From an uncultured bacterium (GTDB lineage: Bacteria; Omnitrophota; Omnitrophia; Omnitrophales; Aquincolibacteriaceae): a stretch of DNA of 64,000 nucleotides. A model generated the notes under the pieces. The model saw nothing but the letters and a program-made list of their open reading frames with translations. It did not search any database and was not told where the DNA came from. The stretch lies in contig CAYZYT010000010.1 of NCBI GenBank assembly GCA_964482725.1, positions 15,794-79,793 on the forward strand, read 5' to 3'. The translations under genes were made by a program, and so were the position numbers. How positions within the stretch are numbered: the stretch's first letter is position 1; each line of letters opens with the position of its first letter. Below, one piece after another: positions 31,101-38,358 of this stretch.

Positions 31101-34100
31101 ATTGGCGGGGAAACAGTTGAGTGACCTAACGATTTTGGGAGCCTATGGACTAAAAAGTACTCTTCATGTGAACGGTGCTCTGAGCGTGACGGGGGCGGGC
31201 GGACTCGATGTTGAGAATAACGTGATGACGCTTGGGGGCAGTCTTGACCTGACGAATATCGATCGTGTGGGGGACGTGACACTCGATGGCTCTTCAGGTT
31301 CCATCCGATCGTCGGGTGTGGAGATGAATAGCTTGACCCTCTCAGGGGCTTATACATTGTCGGATGCTCTTTATGTGAAGGAGGAACTCAATATTCAGGC
31401 GCCGGGCACGCTTGATGCCCTGGGGAAGTCCATTAGCGCAGGTGGTAACTGGTCTTTCGACCGTCTTTTCAACCCCGGGGATGTCACACTCACGGGTGCA
31501 GGCAGCATCTCTTCAAGCGGGAGTGAATTTGGTAATTTGACGATCTCGGGGGCCTATGTGCTCGAGAATGCGCTTCATGTGAACGGTGTATTGAATGTGG
31601 TGGAAGAAACGGGCGAGCTCGATGCCGCGGGCAAAGCGATCACGGTCGCAAAAAATCTTTACCTTACAAACATCGAGGGGGTTCAGGATGTGACGCTAGA
31701 AGGTGAGGGATACTTTAAATCAGACGGGGACATTTTGAATAGCCTTACCATTTCAGGAGCGTATGTGCTGGAGGATCCGGTCACGGTGACACAGGATCTA
31801 GCGATAACGGAGACGGGCTCGCTCAATGCCATGGAATTTGCTATCAGCGAAGGCGGGGACTGGTCCTTCGACCGACTTTTGAATCGTGGAGATATCACGT
31901 TGACAGGTTCTTCCAAAACGATCACTACCGGTGGGCTTCCATTCAGGAACCTGACGATTTCGGGGGGGTACACGCTTGCGGGGGCGCTTCTTGTGACCAG
32001 CGTTTTGGATGTGACGGAGACGGGAACGCTTGATGCCAATTTCAATTCGATAGAGCTTGGATGTGATCTTAATCTTTCGAACATTTCCAATCCGTGGGAT
32101 GTGACGCTCTATGGCTCCGGGTCTCTTAATTCGGCAGAAGAAAGAGAGTTGAATAACCTGACGTTCATGGGAACGAATTCGCTTGGGAGCGCGATATTTG
32201 TGAACGGGGTGTTGGATGTCGTCGCAGGCACGGGTACTCTCGAGGCCAGGGGGAACGCGATTACGGTCGCACAGAGTCTTGATCTCACCTATATTTCTGA
32301 TGCTGGGGATGTGACTCTTACGGGTTCGGGTTCTCTTATCTCCGGGGGGCAAGCACTCGCCGGTCTGACGATCTCGGGGGATTACAGCCTTTCAGATAAT
32401 GCGCATGTGACCGGTGAACTGACGGTGACGGATACGGGGGCTCTCAATGCCAACGGGAAAAACATGATACTCGGGGGAAGCCTCGATCTCACGAGGATCG
32501 AAAATTATGCGGACTTGACGCTTGAGGGTTCCGGTTCGATCAAATCGGATGGCAAGGAGATGACTAATTTGACGATCTCAGGGTCGGGGGTCTATACCCT
32601 GGACGGTGCGCTTCATGTGAATGGCGTCTTCGATGTCTCGGCGGGGAATTTGGATGCTCGTTACACCGATATGACGATTGCCGGGGACCTGGATCTTACG
32701 AATATTTTGGATCCGGGCAATGTGACGCTTGATGGTTCTTCGGGCTTCATCAATTCGGCGGATAAGGCCGTAAGAGACTTGACGATCTTGGGAAATTATT
32801 CATTGCGGGATGCGCTTCATGTGAACGGTGAGCTGACGGTGACCGGGACGGGGCTTCTCCATATCCTGGGCCAATCGATGACGCTCGCTCAGAGTCTTGA
32901 TCTCACGAAGATCCCGGACGCTCAACACGTGACACTCGATGGCTCGGGGACGATCACCTCGGGGACAAATTCCATCGCCAGTTTGACGATCGCGGATACA
33001 GGATCCTATACGCTTCGGGACGCACTCACCGTGACGGGGGATCTTGTGCTGCTAGGGAGGGGAACACTTGACGCTGGTTCAATGGCCATTAGCGAAAGCG
33101 GGAATTGGGCCTCGCTGGGTATTTCCAACCTTGGAGCTGTGACACTGACAGGCTCCGGCAAGACGCTCACTTCCAGCGGTATTAGTTTTGGAAGTTTGAC
33201 GGTGACGACAGGGACTTATACGTTGTCCCTATCAGACCCGCTCACCGTGACGGGGGAATTGGATATCCAGGGGGCGGGCAGGCTCAATGCCTCGGGAAAT
33301 AATATCAGTGAAGGCGGCAACTGGTCTTTCGACCGTCTTTCTAATTACGGGAATGTAACGCTCACGGGATCGGGAAAAACGATTACGTCCGGTACAAATA
33401 CATTCAGTAATCTGACGGTTTCTGGGACTTATTCGCTCATCGATGCGCTTCGTGTAAGCGGTGCTTTGAATGTGCCGGCCCCGGGGAGTCTTGATGTTGC
33501 GGGCCAAGCGATGACCCTTGCCCAGGATCTTAATATTTCAGGGCTGTCGCATGCCGGGGATATAACCCTCACCGGTTCAGGCATCATTACTTCCGGCGGG
33601 AATCAATTCACGAGTCTGACAATCACAGGGGCTTACACACTGGCATCCTCCGACCCGCTCACCGTAACGGGGGACCTGGATATCCAGGGTTCGGGAACTC
33701 TCAATGCTTCAGGAAATACCATTAGCGAAGGCGGGAACTGGGTATTTACAAATCTTTCCAATTATGGAGCGGTGACGCTGACGGGTTCCGGCAAAACGAT
33801 CACTTCGGGCGGGAACGCATTCAGTGATCTTAGAGTCTCAGGAGACTATTCCTTGGTGGACGCGCTTCATGTGAATGGGGCGCTCAATGTGACCGGGACT
33901 TTGAATGGCGAGGGCAAGGCCATGACGCTGGCTCATGATCTTAACCTTACAAAGATCTCGAATGCCGGCAATGTGACGCTCGATGGTTCGGGTTTCATCA
34001 CCTCCGGCGGAAGATCCGTGCAGGATCTTACGATCTCCGGAACTTATTCCCTCGTGGACGCGCTTACTGCGGCCGGAAATCTTAGTATCCCGGGGACACT

Positions 34101-36567
34101 GGATGCCTCAGAAAAAGACATCAGCGTGGGCGGGGACTGGGCCTTCCTGGGCGGTCTTTTGAATCTCGCGAATGTCACTCTGACAGGTTCCGGAAAAACG
34201 ATCACTTCCGGGGGGAATGCATTTAATGATCTGACGATCTCGGGGCTCTATTCTCTGGTGGATGCGCTCCATGTGAACGGAGCGTTGGATGTGTCGTCCG
34301 GAACCTTGAACGCCTCGAGCAAAGCGATGACGATCGGGGGCGATATTGATCTCTCGAACATTACGAATGCTCAAGGTCTGACCTTGGATGGTTCAGGGTC
34401 GATCACTTCCTCGGGCCGTCAGGTGAGTGGTCTCACGATTACGGGAGCTTATACGCTGGCCGATGCGTTGTCCGTTAGTGGCGCGTTGAATATGACGGGT
34501 ACTTTGGATGCCGCAAACCAGGCAATGACCCTTGCTGAAAGTCTTGACCTTACGAAGATTTCGAATGCCAGGGATGTGACGCTCACGGGTTCGGGGTCGA
34601 TCAATACGGCGGGTCAAGCGTTGAACAACCTTTCCGTTTCCGGCGCCTATTCCCAGGCGAGCGATCTGAGCATGAATGGGGATTTTTCCGTGCTCGAGGG
34701 CGGTAGCTTTACGGATGCATCTCCGCTGAGCCACGCGTTTACGGTCGCCGGAAATTTCTCGGTGGCGTCTGGCACGAATGCTTTCCGCCGGTACACGGGG
34801 AGCGGTACCGCGAGCGATCCTTTTGTGGTCTTGACGGCGTATGACCTTCAGGGAATGAAAGGAAATCTGGCCTCTCATTTTAAATTGAGCGGCAATTTGA
34901 ATATGGACAGTTTCTCCGGCTGGAATGACGATGCGGGTTTTGATCCGATCGGTGACGCGACGAATGCCTTCACCGGGAGCTTGGATGGGAATCAGAAAGT
35001 GATCTCGAATCTTTCCCTGAACCGGGCGGGAAGTGATTATCAGGGGCTCTTCGGAAATATTGGTTCAACAGGAAGTGTCACTAATCTTGGTTTAGAAAAG
35101 GTCAGCGTTTTCGGTGGAAATTATGTCGGCGGTCTTGCCGGGTTGAATGCCGGTGGTCTGTCGAATGTTTATACGACCGGGGCTCATACCGTGAGTGGCG
35201 TGAATTATGTGGGCGGATTGGTGGGGAGTAATACGGGACTGATCGGGAACGCTTACTCTTCGTCTCGCGTGATCGGTACGGGGAGTGTGGGCGGTCTTGC
35301 GGGGGCCAATAGCGGCACGATCGATAAGACTTACGCGATGGGGTGGGTGACGGGGACTAGCAATACCGGGGGCCTTGTAGGGGCGGGCGCCGGGTCCGTG
35401 ACGAACTCGTATTGGGATATCGATTCGACGGGACGCGCAGCACGGGCGGGTGTGACTGAAGGTGTGGGGAAAACCACATCGGAAATGATGCTCTCAAGAA
35501 CTTATTCGGGATGGAGCGATATGAATACGGCGGGCGGGACTTGGGTGATGGCGGAGGGTGGAACCTATCCTCACTTCCAGTTCCGTTATCCCAGCGGAGT
35601 GCGCGGGGTGAGCGGGGATGTGTATAGCGCCCCTGGGACTTTGGCGGGTCCCGGAACCTTGGTTTCTATTTATTCCATAGTCGAGGGATCTTCTTCCGAA
35701 ACTTTGCTCGAAGAGACGATGACCGATGCTTCAAGCGGTTACTATGTTGCGCTCAGCCAAACTTTGGTGGGGGATACGGACTATGTGATGAGTGGAAGTC
35801 TTAGTGGCACTTCAAGAATGATCGCGGAGGCGGGTAGTATTTATCCTCTTTATGTTATAGCCAATCAGGATCTCACGCTGATTCATTCCGGTCCCACTCC
35901 GAATCCCACGCCTGTTGTGATCACTCCTGTGGCGGAGGTCCCGATGATGGTCCTCCGAAGTCTGGTGGATGCCGGAGACATCCCGACCCCCCGGCCTTCT
36001 TTGAGCCCTGCCCCTCACGTGACGATCGTTGATGAGACTGAGATCCCTATTGCGGAAGCCGCTTTTGCCCCAGAAGCGAATTCTCTAGTTGAACCGTCGC
36101 ATTCGTCCGTGGTGACTTTTGAGCCGCCAGAGCGTCCGGCAGTTAGTTCCAAGTTGCAGAATCGAACGGACAACAGCTCCAATAACAGCGCAAAACTTTC
36201 TATCGTCACAGAACCTCCGGCGGGTCATGAACCTGTTCCCGAGGTGTCGGAATCGCAGAGCTTCGGAACGAATTCTTCATGGCGCAGCGAGCACGGGGGA
36301 AGAGAAGTTACTACGGATATTCGGATGAGTGAAAGCGGGCAAGGGGTCGAAGAAATCACGACAGATATCCGGATGGATGAAGGCGGAGTTTTTTCAGTCG
36401 AGAGCGGCGAAGTCAATGCCTTCGGTGGCGCGCCAGGGGTCGAAGAAATCACGACAGACATTCGGATGGATGAAGGCGGAGTCTCTTCTTTCGAAGCAGT
36501 CGGAGTCAATTCTTCGTGGCGCAGCGAGCAAAGGCTGGGGGCCCAAAGTCAGGTGTTAGGTTCATAA
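25147..36567 (+). CDS. giant (3806 aa) TpsA/filamentous-hemagglutinin-like exoprotein with TPS domain, GLUG-motif modules and PATR-like beta-helix repeats
   Basis: Signal/TM segment 'VTALVTVFAFVWSMCITPVMA'; TPS (haemagglutination activity) domain motifs 'NxGG...NIFG...N..GI.IGA.G.IN...LASTL'; three modules with 'PY.I.D.YGLQGM.GF' plus repeated 'VGGLVG.N' GLUG motifs; about 50 copies of roughly 33-aa 'LTGSGKTITSGG...LTISG.Y' repeats; true start may be TTG 25315 or GTG 25324. Confidence 0.85.
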   Translation: MENMKMENDLDQLWESSDVERGMWDGPQATSHKAHGIFMLSRCQPARSNGPIRPGRLTKVTALVTVFAFVWSMCITPVMAETVNLEGGSVDVNIQDNTTNWNVQGNPVWNVPEFNVPQGSTYNIAGLGQGSSLALLVNGGNASNIFGTMNLSNLAFILQNIAGINIGATGLINLDRASLLASTLPLNLDATQFLAQDYQFNGKGGFLMNEGKIIGNHADLVALISNAIENRGVIDVPMGTVALATGSMVTVGISGDGFVSIGVDESTANDMGLSDQIRNTGTISADGGRVILSAKAMDGLFEKAISLEQDGSALSAVKANNGSVEFVSFDDFYNSGSLSATNGHILVDSKGNITNEGTVSALSGSVEMTAGQSVYNKNLIEALGGKVEITAKEGGVKNTGTIDATDGVLTVNAREDVMNEALMKVVNGEIKATSTEGAIINAGTLDAEKGSIELNAAGTIETTGSLKAETFRERGATFRLGGHYQVGVSYHDNLDGALKMIPTHTGTSLSGTITDAGDVIVEAGTAVTLTGHTTIIADDDVNGFGFFEMLSGSSIAGGGFNLSITAGDRTGGTATENRLGSISNIGILSLNASAGGTPTYLSDPTAAIWTGITDFRISSGKLNRFTGTGSLATPYVIYDVYGLQGMQGFRDSGIYFQLDDSIDASSTLGWNGGLGFDPVGSSTASTENAPTDPFMGTLNGRNFIITGLKINRPSENFVGLFGATKDATIKNLGLGGGSVVGGDNVGSLVGYNFNTSVADFYASTSVSGGNYVGGLVGLNSGWSIITNSYVSGDVAGTGDRAGGFAGRNYQATITNSFATGVVTGGGAYRGGFIGEDTSSIYANNWWWKETAEGGHNYGLLDTGNNGDISDTKIAVEDTLADFYSSAHPVYVSSTTEGWDFDVEWLTSAGDLPTFGINPNTYLWTGTGSWSDPMNWNKSAVPGEGDVAGFNGTSIANSNIDDAFGGTLARIRIKVDYTGTITQDRSLAITGNYIQEGGIFRSDPIAQPVFSATNFYLPGGKFNRFTGTGTSGDPYMIHDIYGLQGMKGFVASGTYLELANDINASPAERWNYKGSGDAGDSANYFGFDPIGNREGNFSGVFDGAFHKITGLAINRPGTSNVGLFGRANNGNVHNVGLVGGSVIGASSVGGLIGYNYQSVVANSYSTLNVTGTEWVGGLVGTNDKNSSITRSYATGNVTNTGNTRGAGGLVGYNYDLSAITNSYATGRVSGYTDVGGLVGANENMVASFTCLAYSYSTGQVLYRGLASYAGGLVGWFASGLATKNYWDTTTSGMSNSSGVEKLPDGVTVIPGYVEGKTTAQMQQMTTFSGWNPGIWGLKAGVSYPELSLYHTRWTGAGSDSNWSTPENWSNNIVPDANTLVFFNDIGSAKASTIDAGFSGSVGYLGIGSGYGSTIDSTITQNRTLTTGDFSQSEGNFIGGDSINLHGFVLQGGSFTAPTTLNLTGGWSKSGGTFLSNSGTVNINGTGSQWLTSGGSSFNVLTINRTGTLQLQDALTVADQLTVTSGTLDVNSKNLSQGGDWSFTNLLNVGNVTLTGDGKTITSGGTSFPLLTTLTISGNYSLVDAMTIRNALNVTGTLDAATLAMTFERNVNIANVTRVGATTASGLGYTITSSGQPFASLRISGTYTLSPSDPITVTGDLATQGTGTLNAAGNAITEGGNWLFTGLSGLGAVTLTGSGKTITTPDPLINQFNDLTISGTYALAGDVDITKNGIHINGTLSVPGGTLNANSRNMTVAGSFDLTNISNAGNVVLDGSSGVITPAGKSLTSLSISSGAYSLLGPLSVGSLGVAGSLNVMSNTITTWGGIDLTNISGIQTLLLTGTGSLTSGSRVIQDLSISGTYSLASALSVNGVLSFSGAGALDALSNTMTFAQSLDLTNITNARDVVLTGSGSITSSTGKEMRNLTIASGLGVYTLEDALHVNNALDVSGGKLDADGFAMTIAGDLDLANISNAASVTLDGTTGSLTLAGKQLSDLTILGAYGLKSTLHVNGALSVTGAGGLDVENNVMTLGGSLDLTNIDRVGDVTLDGSSGSIRSSGVEMNSLTLSGAYTLSDALYVKEELNIQAPGTLDALGKSISAGGNWSFDRLFNPGDVTLTGAGSISSSGSEFGNLTISGAYVLENALHVNGVLNVVEETGELDAAGKAITVAKNLYLTNIEGVQDVTLEGEGYFKSDGDILNSLTISGAYVLEDPVTVTQDLAITETGSLNAMEFAISEGGDWSFDRLLNRGDITLTGSSKTITTGGLPFRNLTISGGYTLAGALLVTSVLDVTETGTLDANFNSIELGCDLNLSNISNPWDVTLYGSGSLNSAEERELNNLTFMGTNSLGSAIFVNGVLDVVAGTGTLEARGNAITVAQSLDLTYISDAGDVTLTGSGSLISGGQALAGLTISGDYSLSDNAHVTGELTVTDTGALNANGKNMILGGSLDLTRIENYADLTLEGSGSIKSDGKEMTNLTISGSGVYTLDGALHVNGVFDVSAGNLDARYTDMTIAGDLDLTNILDPGNVTLDGSSGFINSADKAVRDLTILGNYSLRDALHVNGELTVTGTGLLHILGQSMTLAQSLDLTKIPDAQHVTLDGSGTITSGTNSIASLTIADTGSYTLRDALTVTGDLVLLGRGTLDAGSMAISESGNWASLGISNLGAVTLTGSGKTLTSSGISFGSLTVTTGTYTLSLSDPLTVTGELDIQGAGRLNASGNNISEGGNWSFDRLSNYGNVTLTGSGKTITSGTNTFSNLTVSGTYSLIDALRVSGALNVPAPGSLDVAGQAMTLAQDLNISGLSHAGDITLTGSGIITSGGNQFTSLTITGAYTLASSDPLTVTGDLDIQGSGTLNASGNTISEGGNWVFTNLSNYGAVTLTGSGKTITSGGNAFSDLRVSGDYSLVDALHVNGALNVTGTLNGEGKAMTLAHDLNLTKISNAGNVTLDGSGFITSGGRSVQDLTISGTYSLVDALTAAGNLSIPGTLDASEKDISVGGDWAFLGGLLNLANVTLTGSGKTITSGGNAFNDLTISGLYSLVDALHVNGALDVSSGTLNASSKAMTIGGDIDLSNITNAQGLTLDGSGSITSSGRQVSGLTITGAYTLADALSVSGALNMTGTLDAANQAMTLAESLDLTKISNARDVTLTGSGSINTAGQALNNLSVSGAYSQASDLSMNGDFSVLEGGSFTDASPLSHAFTVAGNFSVASGTNAFRRYTGSGTASDPFVVLTAYDLQGMKGNLASHFKLSGNLNMDSFSGWNDDAGFDPIGDATNAFTGSLDGNQKVISNLSLNRAGSDYQGLFGNIGSTGSVTNLGLEKVSVFGGNYVGGLAGLNAGGLSNVYTTGAHTVSGVNYVGGLVGSNTGLIGNAYSSSRVIGTGSVGGLAGANSGTIDKTYAMGWVTGTSNTGGLVGAGAGSVTNSYWDIDSTGRAARAGVTEGVGKTTSEMMLSRTYSGWSDMNTAGGTWVMAEGGTYPHFQFRYPSGVRGVSGDVYSAPGTLAGPGTLVSIYSIVEGSSSETLLEETMTDASSGYYVALSQTLVGDTDYVMSGSLSGTSRMIAEAGSIYPLYVIANQDLTLIHSGPTPNPTPVVITPVAEVPMMVLRSLVDAGDIPTPRPSLSPAPHVTIVDETEIPIAEAAFAPEANSLVEPSHSSVVTFEPPERPAVSSKLQNRTDNSSNNSAKLSIVTEPPAGHEPVPEVSESQSFGTNSSWRSEHGGREVTTDIRMSESGQGVEEITTDIRMDEGGVFSVESGEVNAFGGAPGVEEITTDIRMDEGGVSSFEAVGVNSSWRSEQRLGAQSQVLGS
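25272..25321 (+). repeat. perfect 22-bp inverted repeat with 6-nt spacer (TTGTCAACCTGCCAGGTCGAAT-gggcca-ATTCGACCTGGCAGGTTGACAA)
   Basis: Verified base by base; explains the mirrored peptides in the + and - ORF-track entries at 25215..25403 and 25183..25533. Confidence 0.9.
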
Positions 36568-36669
36568 ATAATTGAAGTGTCTTGCCGAAATAAAGCCGAG
36601 AAAATCATCCGTCGTCTCATTCCTTTGCGCCTCTCCAGTGTGAAGTGTTCTTTGCCGATATGGAAAGGG

Positions 36670-37593
36670 ATGGATACTCTTCCAAACATTGCAGAGAAAC
36701 TGAAGGACAAGAACTCGCTTCTTTTTGAGGAGTTCCTGAACTATCTTTCCGTGGAAAAAGGGTTGGCGCGGAACACTCTGGATGCTTACCGGCAGGATTT
36801 GACGCGCTATGATGCGTTCCTCAAGAAAGAAAAGGTTTCGGACTGGGGCAAGGTCTCGCGAACGCATATTTTGAAATTTCTGAACTCTGAAAGTAAGCGC
36901 GGGCTCGAATCTTCTTCGATCGCACGAGGGCTTGTCTCGGTCAAGCTTTTCCATCGTTTCCTTACCAAAGAGCGCTATGTCTCCAGCGATATCACTAGCG
37001 TTCTGGAATCACCCAAGCTTTGGAAAAAATTGCCGCATTTTCTGACCACGCAGGAGATGGACTCACTTCTCAAAATGCCGGATGTCAAAAACCCGGTAGG
37101 GATACGCGACCTAGCTCTTTTGGAATGTCTATACGCGACCGGGATGCGGGTCTCCGAGATTACGGAACTCACGGCGGAACATGTGTATCTGGATAATAAA
37201 TTCATCAAGTGCCGCGGCAAAGGTGACAAGGAGCGGCTTGTGCCGATCGGAGGTGTCGCGGTTTCCGCGTGTCAGACTTATTTGGATCGGGTTCGTTCAA
37301 AGCTGAAGACGAAGACCGATCATTTTTTTCTGGGGCGGAGCGGCGAAGGGCTGACGCGGCAATTCGTTTGGCAGATGATCAAAAAATATGCGCGGCTTGC
37401 CGGAATCACTAAAGACATCACGCCCCATACGTTCCGACATTCCTTTGCGACCCATCTTTTGGAGCGAGGGGCGGACCTGCGTGTTGTCCAGGAACTTCTC
37501 GGCCATGCCGATATTTCCACGACCCAGATCTACACCCACGTCTCCGGCAACCGCCTCAAATCCGTCCACAAGCAGTTTCACCCTCGCGGCTGA
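36670..37593 (+). CDS. xerD: tyrosine site-specific recombinase XerD-like
   Basis: ATG at 36670 (the ORF-track start at 36577 has an unsupported N-terminal extension); R..H..R..Y catalytic residues 'HTFRHSFATHLL...LGHADISTTQIYTHV'; XerD-like C-terminus 'FHPRG'. Confidence 0.8.
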   Translation: MDTLPNIAEKLKDKNSLLFEEFLNYLSVEKGLARNTLDAYRQDLTRYDAFLKKEKVSDWGKVSRTHILKFLNSESKRGLESSSIARGLVSVKLFHRFLTKERYVSSDITSVLESPKLWKKLPHFLTTQEMDSLLKMPDVKNPVGIRDLALLECLYATGMRVSEITELTAEHVYLDNKFIKCRGKGDKERLVPIGGVAVSACQTYLDRVRSKLKTKTDHFFLGRSGEGLTRQFVWQMIKKYARLAGITKDITPHTFRHSFATHLLERGADLRVVQELLGHADISTTQIYTHVSGNRLKSVHKQFHPRG

Positions 37594-37719
37594 CAGAAAG
37601 CCGCAAGGCCACAAGGGTTTCATGTGGCATGTGTCTTTGTGGCATGTGGCCCCAAGTTCGCTTGTTTCCCGTTTTGCGTTTAGTGAAGCTATGGTATACT
37701 CCCGCTCGAGGTGAATCTT

Positions 37720-37998
37720 ATGAAAAAACTTGTAGTGGCTTTGGTTTTGGGCATGTTGTTTCTTTCGGTCTCGCTCCCGATTTTGTGGGCAGAAGAGAGC
37801 GAAGCAGTCGGGATGGGAATGAGTGGAACTCCGGCGGAATTTTCCGATATGGAAAAGACCCTCAAGCAGGATCGTGCAGATACGCTTGAACGGCGCGTCT
37901 CGGACTTGGAACAGGCGAACCGGTTCATGTCGGAACGCGTGAAAATGCTCGAGAAATCCGTGTACGATTTGAAGGACAAGGTTGACCGGAAGTTTTAA
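37720..37998 (+). CDS. small secreted coiled-coil protein
   Basis: ATG with GAGGTG RBS; signal peptide '...LPILWA|EES'; amphipathic C-terminal helix. Confidence 0.45.
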   Translation: MKKLVVALVLGMLFLSVSLPILWAEESEAVGMGMSGTPAEFSDMEKTLKQDRADTLERRVSDLEQANRFMSERVKMLEKSVYDLKDKVDRKF

Positions 37999-38031
37999 AC
38001 TGAATTCTGGGGAATTCGGGGCGAGTGTCCG

Positions 38032-38060
38032 TTGACATTCTATGGGGGCATCGCTATACT
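38032..38060 (+). promoter_or_regulatory. sigma70-like promoter upstream of tRNA-Glu/purB
   Basis: TTGACA (38032-38037), 17-nt spacer, TATACT (38055-38060). Confidence 0.45.
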
Positions 38061-38247
38061 GAAAACGTTCTCAGCACTTTTTCCTCTCGCAGTTTTTCAA
38101 TCGTGAGTTAAATTGTTGCAGGCCGCGTGTTTTTTTAGCGCCTGATTTATAGAATTATTAGGGCGCTTGATTTTCCATAATAGAAATGAATCGTGGAATC
38201 AATGCTGCCCTAATGGGACCCTATAGAAAATAAATTGGATCCATCAG

Positions 38248-38325
38248 GGCGCTATCGTCTAGCCTGATCTAGGACGCTGCCCTCTCAAGGCAGAAACACG
38301 GGTTTAAATCCCGTTAGCGCTACCA
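38248..38325 (+). tRNA. tRNA-Glu (anticodon CUC), CCA encoded
   Basis: Manual fold: acceptor GGCGCTA/TAGCGCT(+A+CCA), D-stem GTCT/GGAC, anticodon stem CTGCC/GGCAG with loop CTCTCAA, T-arm ACGGG-TTTAAAT-CCCGT. Confidence 0.78.
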
Positions 38326-38358
38326 TTTGTTGTGGCCCTTAAGAAAGGTTAAGACAAG

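Noticed and set aside
29400-34700. Periodic repeats in the giant gene considered as a possible CRISPR array
   Set aside because: Repeats are about 100-200 bp, imperfect, in-frame protein repeats with no short identical direct repeats or spacers; no cas genes.
25996-36509. Dozens of 60-190-aa ORFs on both strands inside the giant gene
   Set aside because: All lie within a single uninterrupted 11.4-kb reading frame with coherent domain and repeat structure. Repeat-rich GC-biased sequence generates long spurious alternative frames.
36577-36669. Upstream extension of xerD to the ATG at 36577
   Set aside because: The extension 'MSCRNKAEKIIRRLIPLRLSSVKCSLPIWKG' is not part of Xer recombinases. 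The ATG at 36670 gives the standard about 300-aa XerD.
36670-37593. XerD as the integrase of a genomic island carrying the giant gene (tRNA-Pro to tRNA-Glu interval)
   Set aside because: The interval contains core genes (ligA, SpoU methylase, acyP). There are no direct repeats of tRNA 3' ends and no GC-content shift, and the recombinase is XerD-like rather than phage-integrase-like. Kept only as a low-interest note.
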